Origin: an uncultured virus (IMG/VR IMGVR_UViG_3300029309_000002)
Taxonomy: Duplodnaviria; Heunggongvirae; Uroviricota; Caudoviricetes
Direction: 5' to 3' (one strand)
Length of the DNA stretch: 64,000 nucleotides
Virus record (IMG/VR): IMGVR_UViG_3300029309_000002
A model generated the notes under the pieces. The model saw only the letters and a program-made list of their open reading frames with translations. It had not been told where the DNA came from and ran no database searches. Below are positions 47,371 through 56,840 of this stretch, piece by piece; the first letter of the stretch is position 1, and each line of letters starts with the position of its first letter. Both the position numbers and the translations under genes were made by a program.

Positions 47371-47820
47371 ATGAGAAAAGATATTAAAAAATTAGAAGCA
47401 CATCATGACACATTACTAATTGCACATGAATACTTTTGGGATGAAACCCATGAAGAAAGAGGTTATAGAGTTAAAGATCATAAGAATGTGTTTAAGTTTG
47501 ATGAACTAGAATTTACATTGGTATATGTGACTCGTAAAGAAGATAACTATCCTTTGTTACGTGAGGCAAGAGCATATGTACATTTTGATAACGGATTCTA
47601 TGTATCTATATTTAATGCTTTATATTCTTATGGAGCTGAAGATGAGTATGAAATCGCTATAATGGATAAAGATGGTATATGTTATGATACACCATTGACT
47701 AGTGATGTAGTAGGTCATCTTGATAAAAAGGGGGTAGAGAAATTATTAAAAGAAGTTTCTGAATTAGATTTTAATGATAGGACAGGGACTGCATTCCCTG
47801 GAACAGATATTGGATTATGA
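47371..47820 (+). CDS. Hypothetical early protein
   Basis: 149 aa; FDNGFYVSI..SYG..YEIAI..ICYDTPLTSDVVG pattern, similar to small phage proteins of unknown function. Confidence 0.7.
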   Translation: MRKDIKKLEAHHDTLLIAHEYFWDETHEERGYRVKDHKNVFKFDELEFTLVYVTRKEDNYPLLREARAYVHFDNGFYVSIFNALYSYGAEDEYEIAIMDKDGICYDTPLTSDVVGHLDKKGVEKLLKEVSELDFNDRTGTAFPGTDIGL

Positions 47821-47839
47821 ATAAGATAGCATACTTCAT

Positions 47840-47898
47840 GTATAAATGCAGACGGTATATAGTTCCTGTAATTGCGGCTATATACTGTCTGTTTATAC
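47840..47898 (+). other. Long intergenic hairpin, candidate RNA processing site
   Basis: GTATAAA(TG)CAGACGGTATATAGTT pairs with GGCTATATACTGTCTGTTTATAC. Confidence 0.55.
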
Positions 47899-47923
47899 TA
47901 ATACTAATTATAATAGCAATTTT

Positions 47924-48541
47924 ATGAAAGCAAAAATATATAGAAAAATAATAGAGAGCATTACTAGATTACAAAGATACTTAATAAATAAAATTGATGG
48001 TGTAGATCCTCAAAGAGGTATAGTACTTGTTAATGATAAGAGATTATTCAAAGGTAATAAGTGTCATATTGGTACATGGCAGAATAGTAAGTATGATAAA
48101 GGTATTACTTGGAATAATATCATTTATAATAACTATATACAACAGATGTATAGTATACTTGCTGATAAAACCTATATGATTACATATATCAATGTTAACC
48201 GTGCTAAGTGGGTTCATCAAAAGTTAGATCTTATTGACTTTATGGTTAATGGTAATAAGTCTAACTGTGAATCATTAACAGGTAGCACTGTTATATTTAA
48301 TGATGTTAAACTCAAAGTTTCATTTAGTATATACCAATGGACTGAGTTTGAATTACGTTCTGAAGTTGATGGTCTTAAGTTTATTAACAACTGGGATCAG
48401 ATAGAACTTATTCGTAAATATAAGACAGCAACAAAAGATATATATAAAAGATTTAAGGAAACAAGTCCTGAAGTCATTGCAAGTTATTGCAAAAGAGAAA
48501 ATAATCAAATAGTAATGAATTTAAATAAATTAATAAAATGA
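47924..48541 (+). CDS. Hypothetical protein (start re-assigned to MKAKIY)
   Basis: The track start at 47846 lies within the hairpin; an in-frame ATG at 47924 follows an AT-rich leader. Confidence 0.6.
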   Translation: MKAKIYRKIIESITRLQRYLINKIDGVDPQRGIVLVNDKRLFKGNKCHIGTWQNSKYDKGITWNNIIYNNYIQQMYSILADKTYMITYINVNRAKWVHQKLDLIDFMVNGNKSNCESLTGSTVIFNDVKLKVSFSIYQWTEFELRSEVDGLKFINNWDQIELIRKYKTATKDIYKRFKETSPEVIASYCKRENNQIVMNLNKLIK

Positions 48542-49080
48542 AAAATGAATTAACTGCAAAACTTATTGAGCTACATGTATTAGATAATCTAACAAGGGTA
48601 GTTACAGAAAATAACATGGACAAAAGATTTATATCTAAAGTTCTGGCTGAACATCTTTCTGCTGAAGTAGCTGAGACTATTATACAAATGGCTGCATTTG
48701 GACATAGCATACCTATTATTAATAAAGGTGATGTTGTATATGCATCTATTGATAAAGAATGGATCAGGAAAGATCTTGGTGATCAGGATGTTCTTTTAGA
48801 TAAAGGAAAAGCATTTGAAGTTAGTGGATCAATATATTATATTGGTATTGTAACAGATGATGCTACATATGGTGACTATAGTCCTTATTCAGTTGAAAAG
48901 AAAATTACTTTCAATGGTGTAAATGATAATCTAAAAGATAAAAAGGTAACGGAAACTATATCTATATTGAATATTATTCCGGCTGACCCAGAGTATCTTA
49001 TAAAGGTGCTTCCTGATAGTACATTCCACAAAATAGTAGGTGGAATGCATGATATTAAAGATGTAGAAATACAACTTTAG
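48538..49080 (+). CDS. Hypothetical protein
   Basis: 180 aa, overlapping the upstream stop. Confidence 0.65.
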   Translation: MKNELTAKLIELHVLDNLTRVVTENNMDKRFISKVLAEHLSAEVAETIIQMAAFGHSIPIINKGDVVYASIDKEWIRKDLGDQDVLLDKGKAFEVSGSIYYIGIVTDDATYGDYSPYSVEKKITFNGVNDNLKDKKVTETISILNIIPADPEYLIKVLPDSTFHKIVGGMHDIKDVEIQL

Positions 49081-49145
49081 CTATAATACTACTATAAATC
49101 TTAAATACTCTGACTCAAAACTGTTAAACCTGTAGATAATATTAT

Positions 49146-49153
49146 TACTTTTG
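49146..49153 (+). promoter_or_regulatory. Bacteroidota-type -7 promoter element TACTTTTG
   Basis: Matches TAnnTTTG; ATG follows 4 nt later. Confidence 0.45.
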
Positions 49154-49157
49154 TAAT

Positions 49158-49418
49158 ATGTTATTACAACTTAAAACTGGTTTTACAATAGAGATTCCTA
49201 CAGAAGTCTACTTAGATATGACTGATGAGGAACTTCAAGAGTTAGAGTGTTTAGGGCCTTCTCAACTCATGGAAATCAACAATCCATTCTATAAATCTTA
49301 CGCAGGTAAAACAAAACTAGACAAGCCTGTCTCAAAAGAGGAGACAAAGGCATTATATGATGTACCTGATCAAGAAAAGTTAGATGAGTATTTTGACCAT
49401 GAGAAAGAAGATTACTAA
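49158..49418 (+). CDS. Acidic hypothetical protein
   Basis: 86 aa intact ORF. Confidence 0.65.
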   Translation: MLLQLKTGFTIEIPTEVYLDMTDEELQELECLGPSQLMEINNPFYKSYAGKTKLDKPVSKEETKALYDVPDQEKLDEYFDHEKEDY

Positions 49419-49452
49419 TTAAATATTTTAATAACACTTTAAATTAATTCAC

Positions 49453-50178
49453 ATGAATTTCAAACAACAACCAGTTGTCATCTGTAAAGATGACCAAAAG
49501 AACGTAATACGTGTATCTAAAAACAATCCTTTATACGCACATGTAAGATTAACACAAGAAAGATCTTGGATATCTGCTAATGGATGGTTCACAGTAAGAG
49601 AGATAAGTACATTAATACAGGGTGAGACTGCTAAACTTAAAGCTTCTGGCATAGGTAGAAAGTCTAAGTTACCAGGTAATATCTATATTAAAGAGCAACT
49701 TACTCCATTTAGTAAGAATGATCCTAAGAGAGATCTTAAGTTTGCCGGTAAGACAGGTGTTACATGTAAAGCTGCTGATCCTGAAACAGGAGAAATAGTA
49801 GATATATATAGAAAAACTTTTTATGATGCTACAGGTACTAATGAAGATATCTTGATAGAGCACATAAATGGTGATGAGATTAGAAAAGCAAATAATGCTG
49901 ACTCTGCATCTATTAATAAGATGATTGAGAAAGCAGTTGCTGAGAAAGAAGAGTCACAAGAAGAAGTTAATCCAAATCAAAAAGATCTATTTGAAGCAAT
50001 AGAGGAAGCTAAGGCTGAGGAGATTGAGAAAGCTGAAGAAGATGCATTAGATTCAGATGAGGATGAAGCTGATGATGTGACTGTTGAAGATTCTATAGAT
50101 GAAGTTGAGGTAGAGGTAGAAGAGGAAGTTGAAGTATTGGAGGAAGAAGAAGTAGAAAACAACCCGTTTAGTTTATAG
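49453..50178 (+). CDS. Hypothetical protein with long acidic tail, possible ssDNA-binding protein
   Basis: 241 aa; basic beta-rich N-terminal domain, D/E-rich tail ending NPFSL; followed by a terminator. Confidence 0.5.
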   Translation: MNFKQQPVVICKDDQKNVIRVSKNNPLYAHVRLTQERSWISANGWFTVREISTLIQGETAKLKASGIGRKSKLPGNIYIKEQLTPFSKNDPKRDLKFAGKTGVTCKAADPETGEIVDIYRKTFYDATGTNEDILIEHINGDEIRKANNADSASINKMIEKAVAEKEESQEEVNPNQKDLFEAIEEAKAEEIEKAEEDALDSDEDEADDVTVEDSIDEVEVEVEEEVEVLEEEEVENNPFSL

Positions 50179-50199
50179 ACACTTCTAAACGGAGAGGTT

Positions 50200-50252
50200 G
50201 GAGAGTTCTAGCATGTTACTTTAGGGAATGCAGAGCTCTCCTTCCTTTTTTT
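50200..50252 (+). terminator. Rho-independent terminator
   Basis: GGAGAGTTCT(A)GCAT...ATGCAGAGCTCTCC stem followed by a T7 tract. Confidence 0.7.
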
Positions 50253-50287
50253 ATACCTAATTTTTAACCTTTAATACATATAATAAA

Positions 50288-50794
50288 ATGCAATTACAAG
50301 AACAACTACTAAAACTAAATCAACAAAAACTAATAAACAGATATGATTATCTAGGTATATTAGGAACTTATCAAACAATCAGCAAGGATGTTTACCAACC
50401 TATTGTTTATAATAACTTTAACCAAACCCAACACTTCTTATTTAAAAGAGTGCTACATGGCCTTAATGTCTACACACCAGAAGAAATAAGTAGCATGCAC
50501 TCATTAAAACGTAAGAGAATTAAAAGAGTATGGAGACGTGGTCAAAGAGTTATAAATGCATGGAAACAGATCATATGCAACAAGAGAGCAAATCAAATAT
50601 TCAAGGAATACTTTTCTGAGAGCCCTCTTGGTAAAGCTATTATAGCTAGCAATGATCATTATGTTGATGATAAGTTTGTCAATAGAATGACATTAAAAGA
50701 ACTTGATATTAAGTATGAAGACTTAGTAATCAAGTTTATTCAAGAGGGATTATTACCTCAGAATTTTTTATCTTTGAAGTATGTTAAAAGCTAA
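50288..50794 (+). CDS. Hypothetical basic protein
   Basis: 168 aa intact ORF. Confidence 0.65.
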   Translation: MQLQEQLLKLNQQKLINRYDYLGILGTYQTISKDVYQPIVYNNFNQTQHFLFKRVLHGLNVYTPEEISSMHSLKRKRIKRVWRRGQRVINAWKQIICNKRANQIFKEYFSESPLGKAIIASNDHYVDDKFVNRMTLKELDIKYEDLVIKFIQEGLLPQNFLSLKYVKS

Positions 50795-51191
50795 GAAGAA
50801 ATTGTGTGTAGGATGTAAGTCTGAGCAGTACATTTGGAAGAAACAAGGTAGGGATAGATATTGTAAACCCTGTTGGTTTAGGAATATAGCTACTACTAAA
50901 CCGGTTAAGTTTAAAAAACCAAAACCTATCAAAAAAGTTTCTGCTAAAATGTCTGCTCAACTTACTGTATACACTCAAGTAAGAAGAGTATTTATGGAGA
51001 AACATCCTATGTGTGAAGCAAGACTACCTGGCTGTAACATACATTCAACAGATGTCCATCACAAAAAAGGTAGAGGAAAACATTTATTAGACACAACTAC
51101 TTGGTTATCAGTATGTAGAACATGCCATAACTGGATAGAAGAACATCCAAAGGATGCTATTCAATTAGGTTATTCTGAACCAAGACAATAG
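50781..51191 (+). CDS. HNH-family (NinG-like) nuclease with zinc-binding Cys pairs
   Basis: CVGC..CKPC; CEARLPGC..DVHHKKGRG..VCRTCHNWI. Confidence 0.7.
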   Translation: MLKAKKKLCVGCKSEQYIWKKQGRDRYCKPCWFRNIATTKPVKFKKPKPIKKVSAKMSAQLTVYTQVRRVFMEKHPMCEARLPGCNIHSTDVHHKKGRGKHLLDTTTWLSVCRTCHNWIEEHPKDAIQLGYSEPRQ

Positions 51192-51198
51192 ATATATT

Positions 51199-51369
51199 AT
51201 GACAAGAGCATTACAAATAGCAAAAAATTTAAAAAGAACTATAGACAAAATGGATGATACAGTTAAACCTGAAAAAGAAATTCATTATGTAAGAGTAACT
51301 AAGTCAGAACTAACAAGAAAACTAAAGTATATAATTAAGAAATATAAATTAAATAAAGAAGACTTATGA
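51199..51369 (+). CDS. Small basic hypothetical protein (56 aa)
   Basis: Below the track cut-off; MTRALQIAKNLKRT...NKEDL; ATGA overlap with the next gene. Confidence 0.6.
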   Translation: MTRALQIAKNLKRTIDKMDDTVKPEKEIHYVRVTKSELTRKLKYIIKKYKLNKEDL

Positions 51370-51644
51370 ACAAGAGACTATCAGAAGAACAGATAATAGA
51401 TGATGCTGTTAAAAAAGCTGAAACTGTTGCTGCTTTCCATAATCATGTAAATCAAATTAAGTATAAGGAAGTACTTAACAAAGAGATTGCAGAAGCAAGA
51501 GAATATATTAACGTAGACAAACATGTACATGCAGATGTAGTACAATTGATGAAGACTGATAAGCAGCACATCATTGAAGTATTAATGCATGCCATGGCTA
51601 CAATAAGACATTTAAGAAATGGGAAGAGCAGAAGTACAAAGTAA
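51366..51644 (+). CDS. Hypothetical helical protein
   Basis: 92 aa, coupled to neighbours. Confidence 0.55.
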   Translation: MNKRLSEEQIIDDAVKKAETVAAFHNHVNQIKYKEVLNKEIAEAREYINVDKHVHADVVQLMKTDKQHIIEVLMHAMATIRHLRNGKSRSTK

Positions 51645-52710
51645 GGCCCTTGATATAGCCTTGACCAATCATCGGTGTGGTCTTGGTATATCCATGGGCG
51701 TGGGCAAGACAAGGATTGCATTGCAACATATGATTAAAAACTTTAATCAGTTCAGTACATTCCTTGTTGTTGCACCTAAGAAATCTATATTTAAAGCATG
51801 GCAAGAAGAGTGTGAGAAGCTTAACTGCAACCACATCTTGGATCATGTAACATTTACTACATATCTTTCACTTAATAAACAAGATCCAAAGGATTATGAT
51901 ATAGTATACCTTGATGAATGTCATAGTTTACTATTTAGCCACAAGGACTTCTTGGACAATTATCAAGGAAAGATATTGGGACTAACAGGTACACCACCAG
52001 TATATGGTGAGAAAGCACAGTTAGTTAGTGAATTCTGTCCTATTAAGTATAGCTTTGGCGTTGATGATGCCACTGATAATAATATACTTAATGACTATAG
52101 GATCATTGTACACATGTTACCATTGTCTGGACTTAGGAATATACCTAAGAAGAAGCATGATGGAGGAGTATGGTACAACAGTGAGTTGAAGGAATATCAG
52201 TATGTAACAGGTAGAATAGATGATGCAAAGCCTGGTAAACCTAAACAACTTGCTAGTATAATGAGAATGAAATCAATGATGGATTATCCAACTAAGGAAT
52301 CCTATGCTAAGAGTCTTATGAATATGATAGATGACAAGTGTATTGTATTTGCTAACACACAGAAACAAGCAGATAGAATGTCACAGTACAGCTATCATTC
52401 TAAGAATCCTATGTCAGAGGAGAACCTTCAGTTATTTAGTGATGGGCATATTAACAAAATGTCCTGTGTATTACAACTCAATGAGGGTGCTAACATTCCT
52501 GGTTTAAAGGCAGGAGTGATCATGCATGCTTATGGTAATGAACGCAAGTCAGCACAGAGGATTGGTAGATTACTAAGACTCAACCCTGATGATATGGCTG
52601 TATGTCATATACTTTGTTACCAACATACTATTGATGAGGTATGGGTATCTAAATCACTATCATCTTTTCATCAAGACAAAATCAAATATTATTATCCAAA
52701 CAAAAAGTAA
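51619..52710 (+). CDS. Superfamily 2 DExH helicase
   Basis: SMGVGKT, LVVAP, LDECH, GLTGT, LNEGANIP, QRIGRLLR. Confidence 0.9.
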   Translation: MGRAEVQSKALDIALTNHRCGLGISMGVGKTRIALQHMIKNFNQFSTFLVVAPKKSIFKAWQEECEKLNCNHILDHVTFTTYLSLNKQDPKDYDIVYLDECHSLLFSHKDFLDNYQGKILGLTGTPPVYGEKAQLVSEFCPIKYSFGVDDATDNNILNDYRIIVHMLPLSGLRNIPKKKHDGGVWYNSELKEYQYVTGRIDDAKPGKPKQLASIMRMKSMMDYPTKESYAKSLMNMIDDKCIVFANTQKQADRMSQYSYHSKNPMSEENLQLFSDGHINKMSCVLQLNEGANIPGLKAGVIMHAYGNERKSAQRIGRLLRLNPDDMAVCHILCYQHTIDEVWVSKSLSSFHQDKIKYYYPNKK

Positions 52711-52712
52711 TT

Positions 52713-52889
52713 ATGAAAGATCTTATTAGAAATTTATTGATTGGTGGTGTACTACTTGCACTACTTCAGTCATGTGCTACACAATGTGTAACGCAACGTC
52801 AGTTATTAATACAGAAAGAGATTGATATGTTACAGGCTGATTATTATTATCAGATTGATTCTCTCTATATAGAATATTATAAAGAGTAA
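52713..52889 (+). CDS. Small lipoprotein (58 aa)
   Basis: Below the track cut-off; MKDLIRNLLIGGVLLALLQSC: charged start, hydrophobic stretch and lipobox-like LQS-C. Confidence 0.6.
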   Translation: MKDLIRNLLIGGVLLALLQSCATQCVTQRQLLIQKEIDMLQADYYYQIDSLYIEYYKE

Positions 52890-52894
52890 GCGTT

Positions 52895-53137
52895 ATGGGC
52901 AGAATGAAAGAAGTATTCATGCAAATGCGTGAAGAAGAATGGACTGGTAGTGCTCCAGAATATCTTAGACGTTATGCTGCAAAGCTTGACAAGAAAGATG
53001 TTTATGTGAGCATACCTTGTCCTAATTGTTTTAATAAAACATTATTGTTTAACTCAACTAGTGATATAACGTGTGAGTCAAGTGGGTGTGGTCAGGAATT
53101 TGTATTAGTAGATGTAAATACACTTAGATATAAATGA
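52895..53137 (+). CDS. Zinc-ribbon protein
   Basis: CPNC...CESSGC. Confidence 0.65.
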   Translation: MGRMKEVFMQMREEEWTGSAPEYLRRYAAKLDKKDVYVSIPCPNCFNKTLLFNSTSDITCESSGCGQEFVLVDVNTLRYK

Positions 53138-53505
53138 AAGCAATATTTTCCAGTATATTAATTAAGAAAGATGGAGAGATGGTACATTCCATAGATGCTA
53201 AATCCATGGAGTACCAGACTCTCATTAATAATTTACCTGAAGGTGGACGTATAGAGATGTTTATTGAAGTCTCTGGTGACAAAGCTACAGGTGCGCAGCT
53301 TAAAAGAATTCATGCTATGATCAGACAACTTGCTAATGATATTGGTGATGACTTTGAGTCAATGAAACTGCAAGTAAAGAATCAAGCAGGTTTATGTGCT
53401 AAGGATGGATGTAAGTCTTTTGCTGATTGTGATAAAGAAGAACTAAATGGTGCTATACAATCATGTATTGCTATTGGTGACATAGTGGGATCTAACTTGC
53501 GTTAG
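53134..53505 (+). CDS. NinB/Orf-like recombination accessory protein (tentative)
   Basis: QLKRIHAMIRQLANDIG..FESMK..VK..S motif pattern. Confidence 0.45.
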   Translation: MKAIFSSILIKKDGEMVHSIDAKSMEYQTLINNLPEGGRIEMFIEVSGDKATGAQLKRIHAMIRQLANDIGDDFESMKLQVKNQAGLCAKDGCKSFADCDKEELNGAIQSCIAIGDIVGSNLR

Positions 53506-53998
53506 GTTCCTCTTTGTCTTTCTTTTCCTTAGCTAGTTTTTCCATTTCTTGCCTTTTTTGTATTTCTTCTGTGGTAAGAGGTTTTAATTTATTTTCATAA
53601 GTTCTTTCCTGAAGAAGTTTAGATACTGCAGTTTTATCATATACAACAGTTTTCTTTTGTGCTCTTGCTTGTACATTAAACTCATTCATTAGGGTTGTCA
53701 TAGTCCAAAGAGCTGTATCTAAAGATGTAAGTAGTGATTCATTTATTTTACTGCTATCATAATCAAGTTTTAGAAACTCAGTTGCTCTAATAACTTCTTT
53801 ATCATCTGCAACAGCTACTATATGATCTAATGTTCTTAATATTGATCTATAAAAGAAGCCTGATATGTTAATAGTAACATTATTATCATCAGGAACCATT
53901 TCATATGCATTTGCGGGTAATGATTTAGTAAAGTTTTCCATTGCGTCAATTTCATCTTGACTAATGTTGAACACGTTCTTGTCTTTTTTCTTTGCCAT
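53492..53998 (-). CDS. Hypothetical protein, solitary inverted gene
   Basis: 168 aa; has its own TATCTTTG element at 54018-54025. Confidence 0.7.
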   Translation of the reverse strand: MAKKKDKNVFNISQDEIDAMENFTKSLPANAYEMVPDDNNVTINISGFFYRSILRTLDHIVAVADDKEVIRATEFLKLDYDSSKINESLLTSLDTALWTMTTLMNEFNVQARAQKKTVVYDKTAVSKLLQERTYENKLKPLTTEEIQKRQEMEKLAKEKKDKEEPNAS

Positions 53999-54017
53999 TA
54001 TTATAATTTTTATATAG

Positions 54018-54066
54018 CAAAGATAGTTAAATTTCTTGATAATACAAGAGTAATTTTGTATATTTG
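54018..54066. promoter_or_regulatory. Divergent pair of Bacteroidota-type -7 elements
   Basis: TATCTTTG on minus (54018-54025) and TATATTTG on plus (54059-54066). Confidence 0.55.
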
Positions 54067-54090
54067 TTAACTTAAAAAACCAATAAAATT

Positions 54091-54690
54091 ATGTGGGAAT
54101 TGATGCAGGAAATCCTGATTGACAAACTTACACCAAATCAGTTATTATTACTATATGCAATTGATAATAAACTGACTATACAAACTATAAATCCACATTT
54201 AGAAATAAAAGGATTGGTAGAAAATAAATATGTAGAATATGAACCAAAGAAATCTATTACTATTACAAAAGCTGGTAGAGATATCATAGAGAAGTATGAT
54301 GCATATTTTAAGAAAGCCAAACGCAAGACTAATGTACACCTTATGGGTAAAAAGTATGTTGATCTTGTTGAGGAATATAGAGAAATCTTTCCTGCTAAAA
54401 AATTACCAAGCGGTAAGCCAGCTAGAGTTAATGTCAAGACATTGATAAATAATTTTAGATGGTTCTTTGAAAACTATGATTACACATGGGATGAAGTTAT
54501 TGCTGCTACAAATAGATATGTAAAAGAGTATAGACAAAATGATTATTTGTATATGCAGACTAGTCAATATTTTATATCTAAAGCAAATCAGTCTAAGGTT
54601 AAGCAATCACAACTTGCTGATTACTGTGACATGATTAGAGAAGGAGTAGAGGAAGAAGATAATAACCATTTTAGTGAAAATGTAGTATGA
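54091..54690 (+). CDS. Winged-helix protein, possible replication initiator/helicase loader
   Basis: GLVENKYV..ITITKAGR wHTH-like; FREIFP..YMQTSQYFI C-terminal region; coupled to the helicase gene. Confidence 0.5.
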   Translation: MWELMQEILIDKLTPNQLLLLYAIDNKLTIQTINPHLEIKGLVENKYVEYEPKKSITITKAGRDIIEKYDAYFKKAKRKTNVHLMGKKYVDLVEEYREIFPAKKLPSGKPARVNVKTLINNFRWFFENYDYTWDEVIAATNRYVKEYRQNDYLYMQTSQYFISKANQSKVKQSQLADYCDMIREGVEEEDNNHFSENVV

Positions 54691-55634
54691 AAAAAGCATG
54701 GGACGGACAACATAAAGCCTTTGGAGAAGCTCTCAAGTATATGCTTGATAGATCTACAGGGGAGGAGAAATCCATATATACACCATGGCCTAAGTTTAAT
54801 GATGCTGTAACAGACGGATTAGAGTGGAATACTCTTACTGTTATAGGTGGTAGACCAGGGTCAGGTAAGACATTAATTAAAGATCAGATAGTTAGGGAAT
54901 CTTTTGTACTTAATCCTGAAGATAAGTTTAGGGTATTAGAATTTCAATTTGAAATGGTTGGTAGGACATCAGCAATGAGAGAGTTTAGCTCTATTACTGG
55001 TAAGACATATAAACAATTGTGTTCAGCAGGATATAAACTTCCTGAGAGTGTAATACAACAATGTCACCAGTATGCAAAGGGAAGAGTTAAATATCCCGTT
55101 GATGTAATATCAACACCTATGACTGTTAATCAAATGCGTGAACAAGTTGACATGTATATGAATGAACATAAAGGACAGAAGACTATTATTACTCTAGATC
55201 ATACTATACTAGTAAAGCGTGCACCTTATCAGAACAATAGATTAGATATGTTGTTTGAGTTAGGTGAGTTCTTTACACAAGTAAAGCGTGAGTATCCATG
55301 TTTATTTATTGCAATATCACAGCTTAATAGGAATATAGATAATCCTGATAGAGCTATTGATGGTAAGTATGGTAACTATGTACTTGAGTCAGATATATTT
55401 GGTTCAGATGCAATGTTACAACATGCTGATACACTGATTGGTATTAACAGGCCCGCCAAGCAGAAGATAAGATATTATGGTCCTGATAGATATTTAATAA
55501 ATGATGACAAAACTTTGGTACTACACTTTCTTAAAGCAAGGAATGGTGATGCACGTATGTCTTTCTTTAAAGCTGCATTTGAAAGAATGGAAATCTTAGA
55601 GATGGATACACCTGAACAAGTACCAAGAAAATAA
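54687..55634 (+). CDS. dnaB: DnaB-like replicative helicase (ATPase domain only)
   Basis: GGRPGSGKT, FQFEM, ITLDH, ISQLNR, SDAMLQHAD, LKARNG. Confidence 0.88.
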   Translation: MKKAWDGQHKAFGEALKYMLDRSTGEEKSIYTPWPKFNDAVTDGLEWNTLTVIGGRPGSGKTLIKDQIVRESFVLNPEDKFRVLEFQFEMVGRTSAMREFSSITGKTYKQLCSAGYKLPESVIQQCHQYAKGRVKYPVDVISTPMTVNQMREQVDMYMNEHKGQKTIITLDHTILVKRAPYQNNRLDMLFELGEFFTQVKREYPCLFIAISQLNRNIDNPDRAIDGKYGNYVLESDIFGSDAMLQHADTLIGINRPAKQKIRYYGPDRYLINDDKTLVLHFLKARNGDARMSFFKAAFERMEILEMDTPEQVPRK

Positions 55635-55641
55635 TTATTAT

Positions 55642-56133
55642 ATGAAACCAGCTGAACGTAAGAAAAAAGTAACGGAACTATTTAAGGAGCATTCAAAATA
55701 TTTTAAGGATGCTGGTATAGATCCATTATATATTCCTAAGATGGCTTATAGACCATCTGGTAAGGATGAGCTGCATGTATCTTTCTTTCCTAGTGAATTA
55801 CAGAAAGGCAGTGATATATATACAGAGTTTGTCAGTATTGATTATGACTCAGAAGATCCTAAGAGAACACTATATCTATGGAAACATAATCCACATTTTG
55901 AAGAAGAGTATGAACTTGTTACTTCAAAGAGTGGGTTTGAAAGATATATGATCCCTGTATCTGAACTGAAAGTAATCAATGATATTAACTCTAGAAATAA
56001 TGTTAAAGAAACTATTGCTAAACTTAGCACAAAAGACTTTGATGTTAAAGGTCCTGAAGATAGGACAATGATTGATGTATTAATAGGAATTGAAAAAGCA
56101 TTACTAAGTATTAACAATAAATTAAAAAAATAA
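55642..56133 (+). CDS. Hypothetical protein
   Basis: 163 aa in the replication operon. Confidence 0.65.
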   Translation: MKPAERKKKVTELFKEHSKYFKDAGIDPLYIPKMAYRPSGKDELHVSFFPSELQKGSDIYTEFVSIDYDSEDPKRTLYLWKHNPHFEEEYELVTSKSGFERYMIPVSELKVINDINSRNNVKETIAKLSTKDFDVKGPEDRTMIDVLIGIEKALLSINNKLKK

Positions 56134-56134
56134 A

Positions 56135-56815
56135 ATGGCACAGAGTGTATTAATTATTGCTGACTCAGGTACAGGTAAGTCAACAAGCATGAGGACATTA
56201 GATCCTAAAGAAACTTTTATTATTAACATTGCAAATAAACCATTACCATTCAAAGGATGGAAAAGTAATTATACTACCATAGGTAAAAATAATCCTAAAG
56301 GTAACATGACAAGCGCATCTAGTGCAAGTGGTGTAATGAGTGCAATGGCACATGTAAATGATAAAATGCCACACATCAAGACATTAGTTATAGATGACTG
56401 GCAATATATGAGTTCATTTGAATACTTTGATAGAGCTAATGAAAAAGGTTATGATAAGTTTACTCAGATTGCGGCTAACCTAGCACAAGTTGCTAAGATG
56501 CCTAAAGATATGAGAGAAGATCTAACTATCTTTTTCTTAACTCATTCAGAGGAAACAACTGATGTAAATGGACATAGAAAAGTTAAAGCTAAAACAATTG
56601 GTAAAATGATTGATAACACTTTAACTCTAGAGGGTCTATTCTCTATAGTATTATTTGGTAGAGTTAAGAAAACTGAAGATGCATTAGAGTATGGATTTGA
56701 TACGCAAAATAATGGAGAGAACACATGTAAATCTCCTATGGGAATGTTTGAAGATTCCTTTATAGATAATGATCTACAACTTGTGAAAGATTGTATTATC
56801 AAATATGAAAACTAA
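56135..56815 (+). CDS. AAA_24/Sak4-like P-loop ATPase (recombinase)
   Basis: IADSGTGKST, LVIDDWQY, LTHSE, KTIGKM, CKSPMGMF. Confidence 0.8.
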   Translation: MAQSVLIIADSGTGKSTSMRTLDPKETFIINIANKPLPFKGWKSNYTTIGKNNPKGNMTSASSASGVMSAMAHVNDKMPHIKTLVIDDWQYMSSFEYFDRANEKGYDKFTQIAANLAQVAKMPKDMREDLTIFFLTHSEETTDVNGHRKVKAKTIGKMIDNTLTLEGLFSIVLFGRVKKTEDALEYGFDTQNNGENTCKSPMGMFEDSFIDNDLQLVKDCIIKYEN

Positions 56816-56840
56816 TTACTAATTTTAAAAAAAGAAAGAT

